Below, in pieces: positions 1-6,925 of a DNA stretch of 12,537 bases (its first letter is position 1; every line of letters begins with the position of its first letter). The stretch comes from Candidatus Heimdallarchaeota archaeon. Lineage in GTDB: Archaea; Asgardarchaeota; Heimdallarchaeia; Heimdallarchaeales; Heimdallarchaeaceae. The translations under genes and the position numbers were made by a program. The notes under the pieces were generated by a model. That model worked only from the letters and a program-made list of their open reading frames with translations. It was not told the DNA's origin and made no database searches. Location: assembly GCA_021399345.1 (NCBI GenBank), contig JAAFKI010000102.1, positions 1-12,537 on the forward strand, read 5' to 3'.

Positions 1-48
1 CGCGGTATAAATCACAAATTTTAATTAGATTGTGTTATTGTGTTTTTC

Positions 49-77
49 AATCCTTATTTGAAAGCAAATATTGGATT
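49..77. promoter_or_regulatory. Imperfect inverted repeat upstream of the cluster (possible operator or hairpin)
   Basis: AATCC-T-TATTTG-[AAAG]-CAAATA-TT-GGATT: 55-60 pairs with 65-70 and 49-53 pairs with 73-77. Confidence 0.35.
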
Positions 78-120
78 AAGAATGAGATAAAGATTATTAC
101 AGCTATATGGGGTTATATGA

Positions 121-687
121 ATGGAAATTGAAAGTTTATTTCCTGAAATTAAAGAAATCAAGAATATTGATTTGTTGAATAAGGTAGCGAAATCTCTTGA
201 AAAAGCAATTCAACAAGGTGGATGGAGCACACAAGATCTTCACAAAATTCCTTTCACACTGTTAATTCCCGACTTAGTCAATGAAGATCTTACAGTGAAA
301 ATATCAATTATAGATCATATTCGAGCTGTAACACAGATGTGTTTAGCCACTTATGAAAGATATGAGATGCTTGGTCTTGGAGATAAGTTAAATAGAGATG
401 AGCTAATCGCAGGTGGATTACTACACGACGTAGGAAAATTCATCGAGTATGAAAAAGACGAAACTGGACATATAATTCAGACAGCGGAAGGAAAATACTT
501 ACGTCATCCAGCGATGGGTCTTGAATTAGTTTATGAATATTCTTTACCACTGATCGTTAGACAAGCCATTGTTTTTCACAGTAAAGAAGGAGATAAAATT
601 CCTAGATTAAAAGAAGTAGATATTATCCATCGCTGTGATTTTCTTTGCTTTGCTCCAATAAAACAAATATTCGAAGAAAATAAATGA
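121..687 (+). CDS. HD-domain (HDIG-type) metal-dependent phosphohydrolase, 188 aa
   Basis: Conserved HD-superfamily residues in order: DHIRAV, LIAGGLLHDVGK (HD at 424-429), LRHP, FHS, IHRCD. Size and motifs recall the MptB/MJ0837-like HD family; substrate not assignable. Confidence 0.88.
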   Translation: MEIESLFPEIKEIKNIDLLNKVAKSLEKAIQQGGWSTQDLHKIPFTLLIPDLVNEDLTVKISIIDHIRAVTQMCLATYERYEMLGLGDKLNRDELIAGGLLHDVGKFIEYEKDETGHIIQTAEGKYLRHPAMGLELVYEYSLPLIVRQAIVFHSKEGDKIPRLKEVDIIHRCDFLCFAPIKQIFEENK

Positions 688-705
688 GGAAAAGGTGTTT
701 TTGAA

Positions 706-1839
706 ATGAAGAAATACAAAATTGTAGTTTTACCAGGTGATGGTGTTGGTGTTGACGTAACAGAAGCAGCAATGAAAGTTCTGAAAGCTGTTGGATTTAG
801 TGATAAAGCTGAATATACATATGGAGATATTGGCTGGGAATTTTGGTGTAAGGAAGGAAATCCTTTACCAGATAGAACAATTGAGCTTCTCAAGAATTCA
901 GACTGTTCTTTGTTTTCAGCTATCACATCAAAACCCAAGGAAGAGGCTGAAAAGGAATTAGTTCCAGAATTACAAGGTAAGGGGTTAGTTTACTTTAGTC
1001 CTATTGTGAGATTACGACAACTGTTTGACCTTTATATCAACTTACGTCCTTGCAAAGCTTATCCAGGTAATCCTCTTAATTACAGGGATGATATTGATCT
1101 GGTAGTTTTTCGTGAAAATACTGAAGGACTTTATGTCGGAATCGAATGGCATCCTGTCCCAGAAGTAGTAATGAAAACAATTATTGAAAATCATCCCAAG
1201 GCAAAACGATTTGAAGAAGCGAATCTAGATGATGTAGCCATATCTACTAGAATATTCACTCGAGAAGGAGTTCAACGTATTCTCAAGGCTAGTATGGATT
1301 ATGCAAAGGAGTTTGACTACCCAACTGTAACTGTTGTAGAAAAACCAAATGTTATCAGAGAAACAAGTGGCTTGATGGTACGAGAAGCAAGAAAATTGAT
1401 ACAGGATTATGGCAACATAGAATTGTGGGAAACGAACATAGATGCAATGGCAATGTGGCTAGTAAAAAATCCTCAGAACTATGGGGTTTTAGTATCGTCT
1501 AACATGTTTGGAGATATTGTTTCAGACTTAGCAGCTCAGATAATAGGTGGGTTAGGTTTTGCTTGTTCAGGAAACATAGGAGAAAATTTTGCTGTTTTCG
1601 AGCCAACTCATGGATCAGCTCCCAAGTATGTGGGAATGAATAAAGTAAATCCAATTGCACAAATTCTTGCTGCAAAAATGATGTTAGATTGGTTGGATGA
1701 AAAAGACATGGCTAAAAAGATTGAAGATGCAGTAGCCGCTGTAATTGTTGAAGGAAAATATCGCACTTATGATATGGGCGGAAATACAACAACTTCTGAA
1801 ATGGCAGACGCCATTTGTGAGAAGATAAATGTCCTTTAA
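706..1839 (+). CDS. Isocitrate/homoisocitrate/isopropylmalate dehydrogenase family protein (homoisocitrate dehydrogenase-like, predicted NADP-type)
   Basis: LPGDGVG N-terminal motif; three substrate Args in RLRQLFDLYINLRP and FRENTEGLY (catalytic Tyr); catalytic Lys in EKPNV; metal-binding IDA..M and NMFGDIVSD; FEPTHGSAPKY. SD-like AGGTG at 693-697. Confidence 0.95.
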   Translation: MKKYKIVVLPGDGVGVDVTEAAMKVLKAVGFSDKAEYTYGDIGWEFWCKEGNPLPDRTIELLKNSDCSLFSAITSKPKEEAEKELVPELQGKGLVYFSPIVRLRQLFDLYINLRPCKAYPGNPLNYRDDIDLVVFRENTEGLYVGIEWHPVPEVVMKTIIENHPKAKRFEEANLDDVAISTRIFTREGVQRILKASMDYAKEFDYPTVTVVEKPNVIRETSGLMVREARKLIQDYGNIELWETNIDAMAMWLVKNPQNYGVLVSSNMFGDIVSDLAAQIIGGLGFACSGNIGENFAVFEPTHGSAPKYVGMNKVNPIAQILAAKMMLDWLDEKDMAKKIEDAVAAVIVEGKYRTYDMGGNTTTSEMADAICEKINVL

Positions 1840-1843
1840 CATA

Positions 1844-1863
1844 TTTTTTCCTTCATTTTTTTC
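1844..1863 (+). terminator. Candidate archaeal-type oligo-T terminator
   Basis: Two T runs (TTTTTT-CCTTCA-TTTTTTT) starting a few nt after the TAA at 1839, in the only large intergenic gap of the cluster. Confidence 0.45.
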
Positions 1864-1893
1864 TTACATCATTTTCTATGAAAATCAATGCCC

Positions 1894-1919
1894 CATAAAT
1901 ACATAACATAAATACATAA
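1894..1919. repeat. Perfect tandem direct repeat, 2 x 13 bp (CATAAATACATAA)
   Basis: 1894-1906 and 1907-1919 are identical. Confidence 0.9.
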
Positions 1920-1946
1920 GGATAATCTTATTACTTATTTATTAAT

Positions 1947-1952
1947 AGGTGA
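1947..1952 (+). promoter_or_regulatory. Shine-Dalgarno-like AGGTGA for the ATG at 1964
   Basis: Archaeal-type GGTGA 11 nt upstream of an in-frame ATG. Similar motifs precede 706 (AGGTG), 3229 (GAGGTG), 5609 (GAGGGA), 6922 (GGAGG) and 9084 (GGAG). Confidence 0.55.
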
Positions 1953-1963
1953 AACAGAGCGAA

Positions 1964-3232
1964 ATGACTAGCTTCACACTTATTGAAAAAATCATCAGAA
2001 ATCGTACAGATGTTTCAGATAGTGAGATCTATCCAAATAACATAGTATGGGTTAATCTTGATTTGGTTACAGCAAGAGATTATGCAGGACCTCAAGTTAT
2101 AGATCTATTTCAAAAAAACTATATTGGTTCTAAAACATTCAACAATGAAAAAGTTATCTTTACTCCAGATTGTTATCCTTATGGCAATGATCCAAAGCAT
2201 GCTAAAGATCAAGAAAAAATTCGCGTATTTGCCAAAGAACATGGAATCAAGGTAACTGATCTCGGGTCAGGTATAGGTTCTCATCTATTGTTTCGAAGAG
2301 GTTTTTCAAAACCAGGAGATGTAGTTATTGGAGCTGATAGCCATTATAATATTCTTGGAGCTTTAGGAATCTTAGGGCAAGGAGCAGGAGATGTCATGCT
2401 TGCTTTTGCCTTGAAAACAGGAAAATCATGGATAAAAATTCCTGAAACTGTAAAAATTATCTTAAAGGGAGATTATGAGTGGCCAACAACAGCAAAAGAT
2501 TTAGCTCTTTATGTTCTAAAAGAACTTCATGAATATGGAATTACAGGGAAAGCTGTCGAATTCTATGGTGCGATTATTGACAAGTTATCAATTGAAGAAA
2601 GAGTCACTTTATGTTCTCTAATTACAGAAGCTTCAGGCGTTATTGGATTTGTACCAGCTGATAAAATTACAGCTGATTATTACTCCAAGATTGGAATCGA
2701 GATAGAAATGTTATCCGCTGATGAAGATGCAAGATACATCTCAGAATTAGTCTTAGATATTCAAGATTTAGGCCAATACATCGCATGTCCTCCACATCCA
2801 CATAATGTCAAAAAAATTGAGGAAGTAATGGGTACTCCCATAAATTCTATTGTTATTGGTTCTTGTACAAATGGAAGTTCAGCAGATATTCATGATGCTG
2901 CAAAGATACTAAAGGGACACAAAATCAACCCAAATGTGAGATTTGGAATAGTTCCTGCAACTAGAGAGGATTTCGTTTCAATCAATCTAAATGGCGATAT
3001 GACAATAATTCTAGAATCTGGTGGAAACTTTTTTGGTGTAGGTTGTTCAACCTGCGCGAAGGGACAATATGGTTTAACCGGGGGTGAAACAGCTGTAACT
3101 TTAACAACAGGAAACAGAAACACTCAAGGCAAAATTGGTCCCGCAGATGTTTATTTAGCTAGTCCTGTTGTAGCTGCAGCTACAGCAATTGAAGGAAAAA
3201 TTGCTGCTCCTAAAGAGGTGGTTAAAAGATGA
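1964..3232 (+). CDS. Aconitase-family (LeuC/HacA-like) [4Fe-4S] hydro-lyase large subunit, divergent active site
   Basis: TLIEKII start, IGADSH, TGKSWIKIPET, TAKDLAL, three cluster cysteines (IGSCTNG, GCSTC), NRN, VYLASP..AAATAIEGKI. The ORF track starts at GTG 1949; ATG 1964 is preferred because that GTG lies within the SD motif. Confidence 0.92.
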   Translation: MTSFTLIEKIIRNRTDVSDSEIYPNNIVWVNLDLVTARDYAGPQVIDLFQKNYIGSKTFNNEKVIFTPDCYPYGNDPKHAKDQEKIRVFAKEHGIKVTDLGSGIGSHLLFRRGFSKPGDVVIGADSHYNILGALGILGQGAGDVMLAFALKTGKSWIKIPETVKIILKGDYEWPTTAKDLALYVLKELHEYGITGKAVEFYGAIIDKLSIEERVTLCSLITEASGVIGFVPADKITADYYSKIGIEIEMLSADEDARYISELVLDIQDLGQYIACPPHPHNVKKIEEVMGTPINSIVIGSCTNGSSADIHDAAKILKGHKINPNVRFGIVPATREDFVSINLNGDMTIILESGGNFFGVGCSTCAKGQYGLTGGETAVTLTTGNRNTQGKIGPADVYLASPVVAAATAIEGKIAAPKEVVKR

Positions 3233-3735
3233 GTAAAGAAACAATCAAAGCCAAAGCAAAGCTAGTCATAGTAGATGACATTGATACCGACCAAATATTT
3301 CATCAATCCTTATTAACAATTCATGACCCCAATGAAATAAAACCGCATATTTTCGGAAATCTTGAAGGGTATAAGAGTTTTGGAAAGGAAGATAATGTTG
3401 GGAAGATATTATTAGTTGGTAAAAATTTCGGTAAAGGATCCACAAGACAACAAGCTGTAACAGGATTTATAGCTCATGGAATCACAGCAATAGTTGGTGA
3501 ATCTTTTGGGCCAATTTATTATAGTAATTCTGTAAATTCAGGTTTACTCCTTGTTGAAGTACCAGGAATATCTGAATTCAAGGTTAAAGAAGATGATAAT
3601 CTAGAAATAGACATAACTCAATCATTAATTATCAACCAAAATAATGGGGAGACCATTAAATGTGTTAAAATACCTCAACCAGTATTAGATATAATAGAAG
3701 CTGGTGGTCTTTTAAAACTTGGAGAAATAATGTAA
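3229..3735 (+). CDS. Aconitase-family (LeuD/HacB-like) small (swivel) subunit, divergent
   Basis: DDIDTDQI, GKNFGKGSTRQQA (canonical GxNFGCGSSREHA), NSVNSGL, IIEAGGL. ATGA overlap with the upstream large subunit. Confidence 0.92.
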   Translation: MSKETIKAKAKLVIVDDIDTDQIFHQSLLTIHDPNEIKPHIFGNLEGYKSFGKEDNVGKILLVGKNFGKGSTRQQAVTGFIAHGITAIVGESFGPIYYSNSVNSGLLLVEVPGISEFKVKEDDNLEIDITQSLIINQNNGETIKCVKIPQPVLDIIEAGGLLKLGEIM

Positions 3736-3747
3736 AAAGTGGGATAT

Positions 3748-5598
3748 ATGAATGGCAAAACATTTTCAGAAAAACTTTTTTCGTTTAAATCAAATACAGG
3801 TGTGAAAGCTGGCGACATTGTTTATGCTGAACCTGATTTAATTCTGTCACACGATAATTCAGCATCAATAGAAAAGACTTTTCAAAAAATGGGTGGAACA
3901 AAAATCAAATTTCCTGAACGTCTTGTAATAGTCTTGGATCATGATTCACCACCAACGAGTGCCAAGATAGCAAATGATCATAAAAGTATAAGAGAATTAG
4001 TTAAAAAGCAGAATATAACTAATTTCTATGATGAGGGGAGGGGAATCTGCCATCAGTTGATGTCCAACCATGCTTCACCTAATATGCTCATTGTTGGATC
4101 AGATTCTCATACATGCACAAGTGGTGCATTTGCTACATTTGCAGCAGGAATTGATAGAACAGAAACAGCAGGATTGTGGTTAACAGGAAAGACTTGGTTT
4201 AGGGTTCCTGAAACAATTAAAGTTGTGCTAAATGGTAAATTACCTTTGGGTGTTTATGCAAAGGATATTGCTTTATGGTTAATGAATAAAATAGGCGCTG
4301 CTGGAGCGACCTATTATGCAATTGAGTTTCATGGAAAGGGTGTAGAAGCTTTATCTGTATCTGAAAGAATGACACTAGCAAACCTAGCTTCAGAGATGGG
4401 CGCTAAAACAGCTATTTTCCCACCAGACAAAGTTTTAATCAAATGGTCAAAAGAGAAACATGGTTCATCTGTAATTCCACAAGAAAAACTATTCTGGTCG
4501 GACAAAGATGCAATATTTAGCAGAGAAATCATTCTAGATTTAGCAAAATTGGAACCTTTAGTTGCGGTTCCACATCAAGTAGATAACACACAGTTTGCCA
4601 AAAAACTAGAAAAAACCCCCATTCATCAAGCTTTTCTGGGAACTTGTACAAATGCCAGATTAGATGATTTAGAGATTGCTGCGGAAATAATCAAAGATAA
4701 AAAAGTGAAAAATGGAGTGATGTTTCTTGTAGCTCCAGCTTCAAACAAAATCTATCTTGAAGCTTCAGAGAAGGGAGTTATTCAAACACTTGTTAAGGCA
4801 GGTGCAATAATACTTTCATGCAGTTGTGGTCCGTGTTTAGGTAAGGGACAAGGAATACCAGCTGACGACTGGAATGTTTTATCTACTGCAAACAGGAATT
4901 TTCTGGGAAGAATGGGAAATAAAAATGCACGTATATTTTTGGCATCTCCAGCAACTATAACAGCTTCTGCAATTGAAGGAAAAATTACAGACCCCAGAAA
5001 ATATCTATCATCTGGAGCCATAAGAGAGGAAACTGAAATAGAGCTACAATATAGAGATGTAGAAACTAAAACCCTTGAAATAGACTCTAAAGACGATAGA
5101 TACAACATGTATGTTTGGGATTATAGTGATGTTGACGATTTCAACACAGATCAGATGTTTGCGGGAGGTCTTACATACGATATTAAATCTTCAGAGGGAG
5201 ATAAAATAGTTCCACATTTATTCAAAGGCTTAGATGAAACTTTTGCAACTAGAATTAAGGAGGGGGATATTGTAATAGGTGGAGAAAATTTTGGATGTGG
5301 TTCATCAAGAGAACATCCAGCTGTAGGACTTGCAGCTGCGGGTGTTAAAGCTGTTATTGTAAAATCAGTATCTCGGATCTTTTATAGATCTGCAATTAAC
5401 CAGGGATTACCAATCATTGTACATCAAGAGTTCATTGAAAAATTTGATAAAAATCAGCAAACAACAATTGACTTAGAAAAAGGCCAAATTACAAATGGAA
5501 GTCAAGTTTATTCTTTCCCAAAACTACCAAGTGAATTACTAGAAATATTCACAGCTGGAGGACTTATCAAATATTATCAAAAACAATACTCAAACTAG
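3748..5598 (+). CDS. Fused large+small subunit aconitase-family hydro-lyase (homoaconitase-like)
   Basis: Large domain: SHDN, LDHD, GRGICHQ, GSDSHTCTSGA, FLGTCTN, SCGPCLG, STANRNFLGRMG, LASP. After a ~40 aa linker, small domain: NTDQMF, GENFGCGSSREHP, SRIFYRSAINQGLP, AGGLI. The ORF track starts at GTG 3739; ATG 3748 is the likelier start. Confidence 0.93.
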   Translation: MNGKTFSEKLFSFKSNTGVKAGDIVYAEPDLILSHDNSASIEKTFQKMGGTKIKFPERLVIVLDHDSPPTSAKIANDHKSIRELVKKQNITNFYDEGRGICHQLMSNHASPNMLIVGSDSHTCTSGAFATFAAGIDRTETAGLWLTGKTWFRVPETIKVVLNGKLPLGVYAKDIALWLMNKIGAAGATYYAIEFHGKGVEALSVSERMTLANLASEMGAKTAIFPPDKVLIKWSKEKHGSSVIPQEKLFWSDKDAIFSREIILDLAKLEPLVAVPHQVDNTQFAKKLEKTPIHQAFLGTCTNARLDDLEIAAEIIKDKKVKNGVMFLVAPASNKIYLEASEKGVIQTLVKAGAIILSCSCGPCLGKGQGIPADDWNVLSTANRNFLGRMGNKNARIFLASPATITASAIEGKITDPRKYLSSGAIREETEIELQYRDVETKTLEIDSKDDRYNMYVWDYSDVDDFNTDQMFAGGLTYDIKSSEGDKIVPHLFKGLDETFATRIKEGDIVIGGENFGCGSSREHPAVGLAAAGVKAVIVKSVSRIFYRSAINQGLPIIVHQEFIEKFDKNQQTTIDLEKGQITNGSQVYSFPKLPSELLEIFTAGGLIKYYQKQYSN

Positions 5599-5608
5599 AG
5601 GGATAAAA

Positions 5609-6925
5609 ATGAAATTATACGAATATGAGGCAAAGCAGATTTTTGAACAGTTTAACCTTAAAATTCCTAAACAAATAGCAATAATAGAAAGTGTTGAAGA
5701 TTTAGTGGACATATCTTTAGAATTTCCAATTATGATTAAGGCTATGGTTTTAATTGGGGGAAGGGGAAAAGCAGGAGGAATAAAGAAAGCTGAAACTATT
5801 GAGGAAACAGAGAACATCATAAAAGAAATGTTGGGTTTAACAATTCATGGTTATCCTATAAAGAAAATTTTACTTGAGGAAGCGGTTGATATTGCTAGTG
5901 AAATCTACCTGTCCATAACCACTGATCCTGCAACTTTTGATATAGTATTGGTTACATCTGCAAGTGGTGGTGTTGATATTGAAGAAGTTGCTCGAACTAA
6001 ACCAGATGAAATATGGAAGAAAGTACTAAGAAATAATGACAAATCTTTGAATGCTGAAATAGGAAAAAAAGCTGCTGATTTTCTAGTAGATAAAGATCAA
6101 AATCTCCAACTAGTGAGTGAAAAACTTCAACAAGCTATTGAATCTCTCTATTTGGCTTTTCAGGATGCTGAAGCAAAAATTTGTGAAATAAATCCCCTAA
6201 TTGTAACAAAGAAAGGAGACATAATTGTTGCTGATGCGAAATTTGTACTTGATGATAACAGTTTGTACAGACAAACACCTTTGCTGAAATCAATTGGGAT
6301 AGATCCCGGAAGTAAAAGGCACGATGTTTCAGAGCAAACAGCTTTTGAAGCAAAAGCATATCAAATCGGCTTTCCGTTCATTGATTTACTAGAGAATCCA
6401 GAGAATTTTGTGAAAGATGAAGAGAAACTGTATGTAGGTCTTGTTCCAGGAGGAGCAGGATATGGAATTTTTTCTGTAGATGAAATTGTTAATGTTGGAA
6501 ATCGATATTTCAATGGCAAGGTTGTTCCCATAAATTTCATGGATAGTGGTGGTGGTCCTTCAATAAGTAAGGTTGCAGATATGTTTCACCTTCTTATGAA
6601 TCATCCAGCAACAGATCTGATTATAACTAGTCGTTTTGGGGGGATATCTAGTTGTGATGTCTTCATTCAAGGATTGATTATGTCATTAAGAGATAGATTC
6701 ATTGCTAAGAAAATAATGATACCGGTTTATGGTCGAATGGTTGGAACTGATTTAGCTGCTGCAAAAGCCTTCCTTGAGAAAGCTAAGCTAGAAACACCAG
6801 AACCACTAATAGACTTACACATTGTTGTTGGAAATCAAAAGATAATGGTGGATGTCATTAAAGATGGAATTGAATATGGGTTTAAAGTGAAAAAACAAAG
6901 TGAGAATATGGAGGGTATTAAATGA
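5609..6925 (+). CDS. Succinyl-CoA synthetase beta-like / acyl-CoA synthetase (NDP-forming) ATP-grasp subunit; probable partner subunit of an ATP-citrate-lyase-like enzyme
   Basis: MKLYEYEAK, KAMVLIGGRGKAGGIK, EIYLSI, GGVDIEEVA, EINPL, ADAKFVLDDNSLYRQ; C-terminal ligase domain with GGAG, NFMDSGGG and FGGI. Confidence 0.9.
   Translation: MKLYEYEAKQIFEQFNLKIPKQIAIIESVEDLVDISLEFPIMIKAMVLIGGRGKAGGIKKAETIEETENIIKEMLGLTIHGYPIKKILLEEAVDIASEIYLSITTDPATFDIVLVTSASGGVDIEEVARTKPDEIWKKVLRNNDKSLNAEIGKKAADFLVDKDQNLQLVSEKLQQAIESLYLAFQDAEAKICEINPLIVTKKGDIIVADAKFVLDDNSLYRQTPLLKSIGIDPGSKRHDVSEQTAFEAKAYQIGFPFIDLLENPENFVKDEEKLYVGLVPGGAGYGIFSVDEIVNVGNRYFNGKVVPINFMDSGGGPSISKVADMFHLLMNHPATDLIITSRFGGISSCDVFIQGLIMSLRDRFIAKKIMIPVYGRMVGTDLAAAKAFLEKAKLETPEPLIDLHIVVGNQKIMVDVIKDGIEYGFKVKKQSENMEGIK

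Noticed and set aside
576-938. 120 aa minus-strand ORF
   Set aside because: Antisense shadow across two well-supported + strand genes; no recognisable motifs.
1894-1919. Possible CRISPR or mobile-element remnant
   Set aside because: Only two adjacent 13-bp copies, with no spacers and no cas or transposase gene nearby.
1964-3735. Divergent hydro-lyase pair as pseudogenes
   Set aside because: Full length, no frameshifts or internal stops, Fe-S cysteines and the Ser/Arg motif retained, and translational coupling preserved.
706-5598. Annotation as a standard leuB-leuC-leuD operon
   Set aside because: No leuA or ilv genes in the window, the dehydrogenase lacks the IPMDH Glu loop and NAD motif, and the split pair has a non-canonical active site. 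Gene symbols were therefore withheld.
2890-6359. Short minus-strand ORFs at 2890-3123, 4329-4532, 4782-5108, 5590-5820 and 6135-6359
   Set aside because: All lie antisense to conserved enzymes and have composition typical of shadow frames.
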